From NCBI GenBank assembly GCA_018818425.1, contig JAHISB010000026.1, positions 525-64,524 of the forward strand: a stretch of DNA of 64,000 nt. Direction: 5' to 3'. Origin of the DNA: Patescibacteria group bacterium (GTDB lineage Bacteria > Patescibacteriota > Patescibacteriia > UBA1558 > UBA10009). The translations under genes were made by a program, and so were the position numbers. Positions 45,895-54,686 of the stretch are shown in pieces. Position 1 is the stretch's first letter. Each line of letters begins with the position of its first letter. The notes beneath the pieces were generated by a model. The model was not told the origin of the DNA and did not search any database. It was given only the letters and a program-made list of their open reading frames with translations.

Positions 45895-48800
45895 TTATTC
45901 AAGATAAAGAGTATAGCCACTTTCTCGTAACTTTCCATCCTTAATCAGTTTTTCAATAGTTGTACTTATAATTTTAGTGTCCTCTGACCAATTCCTGTTT
46001 AAACTGAATAATCCCATAACAGCTTTAGGCAGGTGTTCTTTAGCAAAACCAAATTGGTCTTCTACGAGATATAATACCGAATTAGCAATCTCATAAGGTG
46101 AGATTTGCTCAAGGCTTCTTTGGACTTCATCCGTGGGCAATCGAAAGTCATCGGCTTCAAGACCATTAGCATATAGAAACCCTTTTTGTGTGTATATTTT
46201 ACGACCTCGCGATAACAGTTGGACTGCATTTTTTACATTACTTTTAATGTTTGAACCTGCTTTCATTACTCCACATATTTCCTTGAGGCGATTTATTAAA
46301 AGTGACTCATAAATTGGAGACTCGATCTGGACAATTTTAAAAATTAAATTAGCGAGATTTAGCTGTTGAGATTTATTTAATAGATATTTTGTGTTTGATT
46401 TTCTTGATTGTTCATACTTAATATATGGTTTACCCGAGGAGTATTGTTTATTTGGTGATAGTTCTTTTGAGTTGATTGAATCGAACGAATTATTTATATT
46501 ATCTTGCTCTTTTCGTTGAGAGGTCTTTAAGGGGGGTGCCTGAATTGATTCTATACTGGGTGATTTAAGGGCGTTATTTGCACTTTTAATTATGTTATTC
46601 AGCGTATCTTCTCTATTACGAAACCAATCGGTTGACCATACCCTATGTATTTTCCAGCCCTGGTTTTTAAGTACCTGCTCCCGTATTATATCCCTGTCTC
46701 TAGCCGTTCTAGCGCTATGATAGGTGGCTCCGTCACATTCAATACCTAATAAATAACGATCTTTGTCTCGTGTATCTCTAATTGCTAAATCGATACGATA
46801 ACCACTCGATCCAATCTGCTCATCTACAATGTATCCTCTATCTTTTAAAGCTACGGCTACTCCATCCTCAAAGTCATTTGTTTCGTAGTCTGATAATGTA
46901 ACTGGTTCGGCAGGAATGTTCGCATCACGCTCCGAATACTCTATATAGTTTTTTAACATTATGGCGCCCTTATTTCCCGGGTTGACTCCAGCCAGTTCAC
47001 GACTTTGCATACTTGTAACTAATATCGTTTGCCATTTAGCTCTAGTGACTAGAACATTTAATCTGCGCCAACCACCCTCTTTGTTTAAAGGGCCAAAATT
47101 GAAGCTTAGAGCGCCTTCCGGTGTTTTCGCGTATCCAATACTAATAATTATAGTATCTCGTTCATCACCTTGAACATTTTCAAGCGACTTTACAAAGAAA
47201 GGTTCTGCTTTATTTTTATCAAATAGTGGCGTAAGTGTAGGTTTTGCCGAAAGTAAGTCGTCTAAAGCATATTCGATAGCCTCTTTTTGCGAAGCATTCA
47301 TTGCAGCTATGCCAATTGATCTGTCAGGGAATTCATCTAATTGTTGAATAACAGTCTCTGCCACTTTTTTTGCCTCAACTTTATTTGTACGACTTTTACC
47401 TCTATCCCAAGTACCTTCTGGTGTATATATCAAATGAATACCACGACCCTTGCTTGAAGTTGTTGCAGAAGGAAAGGTAATTAAGTGGTTATCATAGAAA
47501 TAGTGATTAGAAAACTTAATTAAACGTTCATCTTTACTTCGATAGTGCCATACAATTTTTGACTCTTCAAAAATGGGTCTGACCGCGACACAATTATCGA
47601 GCAGTGATTCAAGAGGTTCATAATCATCGTAATCATCACTTTCCTCTTCTTCAAGAAAAATTGAGGAAGCCTTAAAAAACGATGTCGGAGGTAATTGTTT
47701 TTCGTCTCCTGCTACCACTACCTGTTTCGCTCGTAATATTGATGGTATTGCCTCCGCGGTCGGTAATTGTGATGCTTCATCGAAGACAACCAAGTCAAAA
47801 TTAATTGATCCCGGTTTAAGAAATGTTGAAACAGATAGTGGACTCATAAGCATACAGGGTTTTAACGCCTGTAACACTCTTGGAATTTCTGCAAATAGTT
47901 TGCGAAGAGGCTTAAAACTTTTCTTTTTTTGTAGTTCTTTTTGAAGTATTCCAATTTCGCTGTGGTTTCCAGTCGTTGAACGCGCAGTTACAACTCCGCT
48001 CGCGGGGTCAGCAGCACCAGATTGTATATTCCTTAATCTTGATTTACCAATCTCTTCTTGAAGATCTTTAAATCTAGCTATTTGTTCTTCTCGTAAGCTC
48101 CCAGCAAACTCTTTTAAGCCAGGATTTTGATCCATAATTACTTCTACCCATCGCGAATAAAACTTTTTTTCAAAGATTATTGAAGCATTTGACGAACTCA
48201 CAGAGTTGAGTGAATTTAACAGTTCACCTAAATCAGAATCTTTACATTTTGAAATTGTCGCCTGTAAGACTTCCCACTCGTGTAATTTATTAAATGAGGA
48301 GAGTATTTCTTTAATTCTAGTAATTACCTTGATTATCGTGGTATTGAATAACGGTTGCTTATTATCAGTGAAACCATCTGGCCAATGTTTTTCTATATCT
48401 TTTATAATTGAAATTAATTCTACGTCTTGAATCATTTGAGATAAGAAAAACAGCGACTTTCTTATATTGTCATCAAGTATTTGATTTTCCTTGGGTTCGT
48501 TTATGATATTTTGTAGTATGGCCTCTTTAAGTTTGATGGCGGCCTTGTATTCAATTATTTGTAGCTTTAGATCCGTTGGCTCTATTGATCTTGTAGAATA
48601 GGTATGTAAATTATTATTGTTGTTCACTAACCATTTGTCTATTCCGATAATATCTTCACAAATTTTACTATAGTTTAATAATGATGAGTAAGTTATTTTG
48701 ATTCCCGGTTTTAGACTTGTTCGAAGCGAAGAGTGCCAACGCCAATAGCTAGGTTTAAAAAACCTTGTCCATAATGAGAATTCTGATTTTAAAGATTCAA

Positions 48801-50670
48801 GTAATTTTTGTAATTCTATGGGTTCAATTTTTGCAATATTCTGGTATTCTTTTTGTAAGTTCTGTTTTTTTATTTGCTTGTTTAATGCTTCCTCAAGTAA
48901 AGACACTGCCTTATTTAATTCTTGGATATTTAGTGCGCGCCATTCTGGAGGAAGTTCCTCGGTTTGCGATAAATACGAAAATACATCTCCTAATTTTGAT
49001 AAGTTTTCAAATGTAAAACCTGGCCATTGGGATATTACCAAGTCAGCTAGTTGGTTCAATTTTAAATTAATTTCTATATATTTTTCAAGGATATTTTTAA
49101 GTCCTCGTTTCAATATATCTACAGAAAGTTGAGTTTTAGAATCCCGCATAAATCCTCTCCAAGGATGTTTTTTTCGGGAATCAAAAACTGTCGATTGTGA
49201 CTCAAGACTCCTTAGTAGTTCTAGCTTTTTCTCAAGTTGCTCCTTGCTTACTCGTGTGACATCTGCCCAAGGTAGATCAAAATCAAGATCTCTATAACTA
49301 TGGTATTTTTCGATTAAACCTATAGCATTATAAATTGTTTTACCTAGAGGGTCTTTTTTGGAATGAATTTCTTTGACGTAATTATTAAGATTATTTCTAA
49401 TTTTTATAAGCTCCTCCAACTCGTCATTAAACGTATCACTGGTTCTTGTCACAGGTGATTCAATTGTTTTTTTTAATTCATCAATAATTTTTGTTTTTCC
49501 AGCCTTTGTACTATGTGCCTCTAGGCAAAAGCGACCCAGCCCAAGTTTTACTAATCTATCATAGACTACATCTAATGCAGCCATTTTTGCGCTGACAAAT
49601 AATACCTTTTTGCCTTTTCCTAAAGTATCAGCAATCAAATTAGAAATAGTTTGACTTTTTCCCGTACCAGGAGGGCCGTGAACTACTAAGTTTCTTTCTG
49701 CTGTAGCAATTGTTAATGCGTGTAATTGACTTGCGTCTGCGGGTAGAACTGGAATGGGCACGGTTTCTGGAGTTTCCATTTCGTCTAAATCCTCCCCTAA
49801 AGCTTCTGATGTTTCAGATTCTTTGTTTGCGTTCGCAAAGGCTGCAACAATTTTATTATTATAAGCTTCTTCAATCATATTTCCTAAATCAGTGTAGATA
49901 ACAAGTGATTCAAATGAGAATGTGCTTAGCCAAGTATTGTCTACTACTCGCCAGTTTTGCTCTGATGTCTTTTTTTGTACGGCGTCTAAAAATTGTTTAA
50001 GTGATTCTTGATTGGGCTCATCTATAAATTCAGGATCTATAAATTCAGGTAGGTTTACGTGATGTCTCTCTCGTAAATAAAGTTTTAATGCTGGATTAAC
50101 TTGTAGTTCCTCGTCAGACATTTTTAAAAGCATATGTGAATTGGAGCCTCGATTTTCCAATTGACAGGGAACTAATAGTAATGGTGAGGATGATTCGCCT
50201 AAAATTGGATCATCCCATTCTAAAAGGCCAAACGTTAAGTGTAATGTAGTTACACCCCTTTCTTCTAGTGTTGTTCTGCCATTATCATAAATTCGTCTCA
50301 TTATTCTGAATAAGTCTTTGGGTTCGGATTTAAATTCAATATCACCCGGCTTAACAATGTATTCGGGTTCCTCATCTTCTTCTAAGAGTTTATTTTGGTT
50401 TAACTCTTCATCCTTTCTTTTTCTTTTATTCTTTCTTTTTACAATTGGCATTTTGAGCGAGTGGGCATCTATAGCTATTGAGCTAAACAATTCTCCCGTT
50501 TCGGGCTTAATGGTAAGTAGTTTACTGACTCTGGATCGGTTTATTCCAAGCAATGGATTGCCCTTACTCAAATCTAATAAACGTTCGCGCCATTTTTTTA
50601 TCTGGGCATCTATACGTTCTATGTTTATTGTAGATTTATTTGTTGTATCCACTTTTTTTGTATATATCAT
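45895..50670 (-). CDS. 1591-aa multidomain helicase-nuclease: DUF4011 N-domain, SF1B Upf1/Dna2-like helicase (AAA_11/AAA_12), Vsr/DUF559-like PD-(D/E)xK endonuclease domain, DUF3320 C-domain
   Basis: Walker A VHGPPGTGKSQTISN, motif II VVFDEASQLP, motif V/VI QGDERDTIIIS and VLVTRAK. Nuclease block YRIDLAIRD...LLGIECDGATYHSARTARDRDIIREQVLKNQGWKIHRVWSTDWFRN (DUF559/Vsr-like). AT-rich relative to flanking genes. Confidence 0.85.
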   Translation of the reverse strand: MIYTKKVDTTNKSTINIERIDAQIKKWRERLLDLSKGNPLLGINRSRVSKLLTIKPETGELFSSIAIDAHSLKMPIVKRKNKRKRKDEELNQNKLLEEDEEPEYIVKPGDIEFKSEPKDLFRIMRRIYDNGRTTLEERGVTTLHLTFGLLEWDDPILGESSSPLLLVPCQLENRGSNSHMLLKMSDEELQVNPALKLYLRERHHVNLPEFIDPEFIDEPNQESLKQFLDAVQKKTSEQNWRVVDNTWLSTFSFESLVIYTDLGNMIEEAYNNKIVAAFANANKESETSEALGEDLDEMETPETVPIPVLPADASQLHALTIATAERNLVVHGPPGTGKSQTISNLIADTLGKGKKVLFVSAKMAALDVVYDRLVKLGLGRFCLEAHSTKAGKTKIIDELKKTIESPVTRTSDTFNDELEELIKIRNNLNNYVKEIHSKKDPLGKTIYNAIGLIEKYHSYRDLDFDLPWADVTRVSKEQLEKKLELLRSLESQSTVFDSRKKHPWRGFMRDSKTQLSVDILKRGLKNILEKYIEINLKLNQLADLVISQWPGFTFENLSKLGDVFSYLSQTEELPPEWRALNIQELNKAVSLLEEALNKQIKKQNLQKEYQNIAKIEPIELQKLLESLKSEFSLWTRFFKPSYWRWHSSLRTSLKPGIKITYSSLLNYSKICEDIIGIDKWLVNNNNNLHTYSTRSIEPTDLKLQIIEYKAAIKLKEAILQNIINEPKENQILDDNIRKSLFFLSQMIQDVELISIIKDIEKHWPDGFTDNKQPLFNTTIIKVITRIKEILSSFNKLHEWEVLQATISKCKDSDLGELLNSLNSVSSSNASIIFEKKFYSRWVEVIMDQNPGLKEFAGSLREEQIARFKDLQEEIGKSRLRNIQSGAADPASGVVTARSTTGNHSEIGILQKELQKKKSFKPLRKLFAEIPRVLQALKPCMLMSPLSVSTFLKPGSINFDLVVFDEASQLPTAEAIPSILRAKQVVVAGDEKQLPPTSFFKASSIFLEEEESDDYDDYEPLESLLDNCVAVRPIFEESKIVWHYRSKDERLIKFSNHYFYDNHLITFPSATTSSKGRGIHLIYTPEGTWDRGKSRTNKVEAKKVAETVIQQLDEFPDRSIGIAAMNASQKEAIEYALDDLLSAKPTLTPLFDKNKAEPFFVKSLENVQGDERDTIIISIGYAKTPEGALSFNFGPLNKEGGWRRLNVLVTRAKWQTILVTSMQSRELAGVNPGNKGAIMLKNYIEYSERDANIPAEPVTLSDYETNDFEDGVAVALKDRGYIVDEQIGSSGYRIDLAIRDTRDKDRYLLGIECDGATYHSARTARDRDIIREQVLKNQGWKIHRVWSTDWFRNREDTLNNIIKSANNALKSPSIESIQAPPLKTSQRKEQDNINNSFDSINSKELSPNKQYSSGKPYIKYEQSRKSNTKYLLNKSQQLNLANLIFKIVQIESPIYESLLINRLKEICGVMKAGSNIKSNVKNAVQLLSRGRKIYTQKGFLYANGLEADDFRLPTDEVQRSLEQISPYEIANSVLYLVEDQFGFAKEHLPKAVMGLFSLNRNWSEDTKIISTTIEKLIKDGKLRESGYTLYLE

Positions 50671-50841
50671 GAAATCTCACTAATTTTTATTTAATTGTTT
50701 CATTCCTTAATCTTACACAAAAACCACAAAGTTTGCCAACATTCCCTATATTCCCTACCTAGTACAAACTAGGATAGTGAAAACTCCAATTCTTCCCTAA
50801 CCCAAAAGCAAAAACAGACTTTTCGCCTATTCTTTGCCATA

Positions 50842-50917
50842 TGGGGTGGCTACTGGGAATCGAACCCAGGTTTCCGGGACCACAACCCGGTGCACTAACC
50901 GTTATGCTATAGCCACC
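50842..50917 (-). tRNA. tRNA-His (anticodon GTG), with encoded G-1
   Basis: rc: G-GTGGCTA..CCGGG-TTGTGGT-CCCGG..CTGGG-TTCGATT-CCCAG-TAGCCAC-C-CCA; the extra 5' G pairing with C73 is diagnostic for tRNA-His. Confidence 0.85.
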
Positions 50918-51007
50918 ACGATTAAAAAGTTACAAGATACAAATTCCAATTTCCAAACAAATTACAAATCTCAAATTTTAAATTCCAAATAACTTATTTC
51001 TGGGAAT

Positions 51008-51062
51008 TTGGTGATTTTCCGCCAAGGGGATTTGAATCCCTCGGCACGGCTCGGGACAGGCC
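51008..51062 (-). pseudogene. tRNA-like fragment (T-arm-like TTCAAAT loop and ..CACCA end) without a complete cloverleaf
   Basis: rc ...CCGAGGGATTCAAATCCCCTTGGCGGAAAATCACCA; no matching 5' acceptor strand, A53 instead of G53. Confidence 0.3.
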
Positions 51063-51084
51063 TACACATAAAAATAAAGGGATT

Positions 51085-51161
51085 TGGTGCGCCTGAGAGG
51101 AATCGAACCTCTGGCCTCAAGCTCCGGAAGCTTGCGCTCTATCCAGTTGAGCTACAGGCGC
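51085..51161 (-). tRNA. tRNA-Arg (anticodon CCG)
   Basis: rc GCGCCTG-TA-GCTC-AACTGGAT-AGAGC..CAAGC-TTCCGGA-GCTTG..AGAGG-TTCGATT-CCTCT-CAGGCGC-A-CCA. Confidence 0.85.
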
Positions 51162-51320
51162 GGGTAGGTCGAACCCCTTATAAATATTTAAACTATTAAA
51201 TCTTTATAAAAATAGATGGTTTACCATCCGTAGCGTCAACCTAGTTAAACGCCACTTGGTATATTAACGATTTTGTCCTACCTCGCCAAAACTACAAATA
51301 TTAGACACTGACGCGAAGGA

Positions 51321-51395
51321 TGGTGACCCCACGGGGAATCGAACCCCGGTTGCCAGGATGAAAACCTGGTGTCCTAACCACTAGACGATAGGGCC
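51321..51395 (-). tRNA. tRNA-Glu (anticodon TTC)
   Basis: rc GGCCCTA..GTCTAGTGGTTAGGAC..CCAGG-TTTTCAT-CCTGG..CGGGG-TTCGATT-CCCCG-TGGGGTC-A-CCA. Confidence 0.85.
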
Positions 51396-51462
51396 AAGAT
51401 TAATTTTGAATTTTGAAAATAGAATTTTGAATATGTTAATTTGCGTCAACCAGGATGCCTGC

Positions 51463-51545
51463 CCGCCTCTGGCGGGAAAACCTGGTGTCCCTGCCTGCCG
51501 GCAGGCTAACCCCTCGCCTCTGGCGGAATTAGACGATAGGGCCAT
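51463..51545 (-). pseudogene. scrambled partial copy of tRNA-Glu 5' half interrupted by a family-D palindrome footprint
   Basis: AAAACCTGGTGTCC (tRNA-Glu internal) + CCTGCCTGCCGGCAGG + ...AATTAGACGATAGGGCC (tRNA 5' end); a further 5'-end fragment AGACGATAGGGCT lies at 51645-51657 with the same upstream flank. Confidence 0.5.
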
Positions 51546-51947
51546 TTAAAATTTCCAATTACTAATTTTCAATAAATTCTCAATGTTTAAATTTTCAAAC
51601 AATTTCCAATAATCATTATTTGTGTTTGCGTCAGAGCAGAATTAGACGATAGGGCTATGATTAATTTTGAATTTTGAATTTCGATTGAGTTTTGAATGAT
51701 AAATTTTTAAATTTCCAATAACCAGTTACCAGTTACTGATTACTGGTAATAAAAAACTATAGCCAATACTAACAGAATTTTAACAAAAAGTCAACCCTTG
51801 CTCCCTACATTCTGCTCCCAAGCTTAATTAATTCAAAAGGACAACTAAGTTGAGGTAAAATAATTAAGCTTTGGATTAGAATTCGCGTTTTGACAAAATA
51901 TAATTATAGTATATACTTAGTATATAAATAGTATAACTATTAAATAT

Positions 51948-52223
51948 ATGAATTCAACTATTATTAACATCAAAACTAACCCTAAAGTTAAAAGTGAGGC
52001 CAAAAAAACAGCAGCTGATCTAGGGCTATCTTTAAGCGGAGTTTTAAACGCCTATCTTCGGCAGTTTATCAGAACCAAGTCTGTTTATTTTAGTTTGAAT
52101 GAAGAAAATCCCTCCCCTTATTTATTAGAAGCTTTAAAGGAATCGGAAAAACAGAGAAAAAAGAAGGGGGTTCACTCTTTTGATAATCCTGAAGAGGCAA
52201 TTCATTTCTTAAAAAATACATAG
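51948..52223 (+). CDS. type II antitoxin, RelB/DinJ family
   Basis: Ribbon-helix-helix N-term and DinJ-like KSEAKKTAADLGLSLSGVLNAYLRQFIRTKSV; 4 nt upstream of the toxin gene. Confidence 0.65.
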   Translation: MNSTIINIKTNPKVKSEAKKTAADLGLSLSGVLNAYLRQFIRTKSVYFSLNEENPSPYLLEALKESEKQRKKKGVHSFDNPEEAIHFLKNT

Positions 52224-52226
52224 GGC

Positions 52227-52490
52227 ATGAAGATTGAATACTCCAAACGTTTTGTTAAAGAATTCAAAAAATGTTCTCCTAAAGTTAAGCAGACTTTTAT
52301 TAAAAAACTGGAACTTTTTAGTACAGACAAAAATCATCCGCTTCTAAATAACCATAAATTATCAGGCAAGCTTAAGGATTACAGAAGTATAAATGTTGAT
52401 GGTGATTTTAGAGCTATTTTTCAAGAGTTTAATAATGGACAAACAATTTATTTTGTAATGATAGGCAGTCATAGTCAATTGTATTCATAA
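52227..52490 (+). CDS. type II toxin, RelE/ParE superfamily (YafQ-like mRNA interferase)
   Basis: 87 aa; YafQ-like blocks FKKCSPKVKQTFIKKLELF, DYRSINVDGDFRAIFQ, IYFVMIGSHSQLY. Confidence 0.65.
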   Translation: MKIEYSKRFVKEFKKCSPKVKQTFIKKLELFSTDKNHPLLNNHKLSGKLKDYRSINVDGDFRAIFQEFNNGQTIYFVMIGSHSQLYS

Positions 52491-52696
52491 CGGTTAGAAA
52501 AACCTCTCTCAATATATATTACTTAGAAAATTTAACAAAAATAAAAAGCCACTGAGCAAACCATACGGCTTATTTTTATCTCTTGAATTCTATTCCGAAG
52601 TGAAACATTGGGCGATCCTGTATTCTACTCTGTTTTTTATTTCTCAAAAAAATGCTAAAATACAGATGCTACATCTAAACGAAAGGGGGTGATTAT

Positions 52697-52888
52697 ATGA
52701 TAAATGGCAAAGTATTATTTGGCATTATAGTATTGATTGTGGGTATTTGGATACTGTTTTCTATGGACAATCCCACGGCCCGGTATTTGGGCGGCGGCAT
52801 TGTAACCGTAGTAGGTCTGGCCATGCTGATTAACGGATTTTTAAAGAAACCTCAACCGCCCCAAAATCAGCAAGGCGGGCAACAATAA
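52697..52888 (+). CDS. hypothetical small membrane protein
   Basis: 63 aa, two TM helices, RBS AAAGGGGGTG upstream, Gln/Pro-rich tail. Confidence 0.4.
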   Translation: MINGKVLFGIIVLIVGIWILFSMDNPTARYLGGGIVTVVGLAMLINGFLKKPQPPQNQQGGQQ

Positions 52889-52909
52889 TAATATTTAAAA
52901 TTTTAATAT

Positions 52910-53077
52910 ATGACTAAAAAAACCTATCCCCGGATACTCCCTTTAATGCTCGGGATCATCTGGGTGATTTTTGCCATCTGGTATTTTATAAAAGATGACC
53001 AAGTCGGCGGCTTTATCTGGCTTATAACATCTTTGGCCTGGTTTATTAACGCTCTTAGGCCGGTAAAAAATAACTGA
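52910..53077 (+). CDS. hypothetical small membrane protein (55 aa)
   Basis: MTKKTYPRILPLMLGIIWVIFAIWYF...ITSLAWFINALRPVKNN; two hydrophobic helices; below the ORF-track cutoff. Confidence 0.3.
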   Translation: MTKKTYPRILPLMLGIIWVIFAIWYFIKDDQVGGFIWLITSLAWFINALRPVKNN

Positions 53078-53210
53078 AATAAAACCTTGTAATTAATTGT
53101 ATTATCATATAACCTTATTAAGGACTCATTATTAATACTAATCAAATAAAATTAATTAAGATCTCTGATTAAATTTAGCTTTAATTAGAGCCATAAAAAG
53201 GAGTAAGATT

Positions 53211-54572
53211 ATGAAATCAAAACTTTTTTTAAAAAGTTTGTTTGCCGTATTGATTTTTTCTTTGCTGATGCCGGTCCAGCTAAGCTGGGCGGCGGCCAGT
53301 TTAGCGGGGGAAGTTTTAACTGTTGAGGATCCTGTTCTTGATGTCAGCTCCGAGGTTACGGCCGCTGATATCGGGGAAAGCGAAAGCGCCATTAACAACG
53401 CCTCTGCCGAAGCCACCGAATCAACCACCACCACCGGCACTTTGATTGAAATCGGCAATACCACGGCCGAAAACACCACCATCATCATCAGAACCGAAGA
53501 TGAAAATGGCGCAACCGAAGACCAAACAGTGGAAGTTGGAACCGCCACTTTAGTGCAGAACGATTCTTTTGGCGCTTCCAGTTTAAGCGACTGGATTGCC
53601 GGCGACCAGATCACCTTTACCGCCACCGAATACACCAACAGCGGCGCCGTTGTGGCAGGCAGTTTAAGAAACCGCGCTCATCATGCCTATGATATCGGCA
53701 AAAACGGCTGGGTCGCCGCCATTAGGCCGGAGCAGAACCAAATGGATATTACCTGGGATAATCAAACCTACACCCTTAATACCAGCGATGCCAGAATGGT
53801 GGCCGGTTTAAAAAATCCGGCAGCTTTAACCGACTTTCAGATCGGCGACCGGATTAGAGCCCGGGTAGTGGACGATAACGACAACAGCCCCTATACTTTT
53901 AACGCTCATATTGTGGTGGTTTTAAGAAGAGGCGATACCTTGTTTATGCGCGTTACCCGCTGGGTAGTTTCCGGCACAGTTTACACCCTGCCGGAAGACC
54001 TGACTAAACCGCTGACTATGGATGTAAAAATTCTCAACTCCCCTTTCTTTGAAGCAGGCGATGTTAATAATCTGGTCGGCGCTCCCGGCGATATTATTAA
54101 AGTTGATATTGACGAAAATACCAAGCTGATCAGAAAATATTTTGGCAAGGCCTTTCTTAAAGAATTTTCTGAAGGCGATGATGTTAGAATTATTGGCCGA
54201 CGCGACGAAAACACCGGCCATATAGTGGCTAAATTCATTAAAAATAATTCTGTCCAAAAATTAGGCAAGGTTTACCGCTTAGGCAAAGTAGATGCCGTTG
54301 ATACCGCCGCCAACACCATTGATATTACCCTGGTTAGAACCAGAATGGCTGTAAAAAACTGGACAATCGAGGTTGTGCCCAGCGCCAAAATTTATCAAGC
54401 CGGAGAAGAAATCGCTATCAGCGATATTCAGCCAAACGACAAGCTAAGAATTATTGGCGGTTCTGCAGATTGGACCGATCATACCATTATGGCCCAGAGG
54501 ATAAATGTATTAATCAAACAAACCAAGCCCACAGCCGCTGAAACAGAAACGCCAGATACTGCGACTCAATAA
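53211..54572 (+). CDS. hypothetical secreted protein (signal peptide), GC-richer than context
   Basis: MKSKLFLKSLFAVLIFSLLMPVQLSWAAAS; Thr/acidic-rich N-region then a beta-rich body; no family recognised. Confidence 0.5.
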   Translation: MKSKLFLKSLFAVLIFSLLMPVQLSWAAASLAGEVLTVEDPVLDVSSEVTAADIGESESAINNASAEATESTTTTGTLIEIGNTTAENTTIIIRTEDENGATEDQTVEVGTATLVQNDSFGASSLSDWIAGDQITFTATEYTNSGAVVAGSLRNRAHHAYDIGKNGWVAAIRPEQNQMDITWDNQTYTLNTSDARMVAGLKNPAALTDFQIGDRIRARVVDDNDNSPYTFNAHIVVVLRRGDTLFMRVTRWVVSGTVYTLPEDLTKPLTMDVKILNSPFFEAGDVNNLVGAPGDIIKVDIDENTKLIRKYFGKAFLKEFSEGDDVRIIGRRDENTGHIVAKFIKNNSVQKLGKVYRLGKVDAVDTAANTIDITLVRTRMAVKNWTIEVVPSAKIYQAGEEIAISDIQPNDKLRIIGGSADWTDHTIMAQRINVLIKQTKPTAAETETPDTATQ

Positions 54573-54595
54573 CTCAAGATATTTTTGCCAACCCA

Positions 54596-54625
54596 GCGCC
54601 CTGCCGTTATGCGGCAGGGCGTTTT
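54596..54625 (+). terminator. Rho-independent terminator after CDS 53211..54572
   Basis: GCGCCCTGCCG ttat CGGCAGGGCG + TTTT. Confidence 0.7.
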
Positions 54626-54645
54626 AAATAAAATAAGACCGGCAT

Positions 54646-54678
54646 AGAAACGCGCCGGTCTTGGTTTTATGTCCTAAG
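54646..54678. terminator. bidirectional terminator between convergent genes
   Basis: AAGACCGGC atagaaacgc GCCGGTCTT flanked by A/T runs on both sides. Confidence 0.6.
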
Positions 54679-54686
54679 GACGAATT

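Noticed and set aside
51008-51062. Complete additional tRNA between tRNA-His and tRNA-Arg
   Set aside because: A T-loop-like TTCAAAT and a ..CACCA end are present, but no 5' acceptor strand complementary to the 3' end exists and G53 is replaced. Called a fragment or pseudogene.
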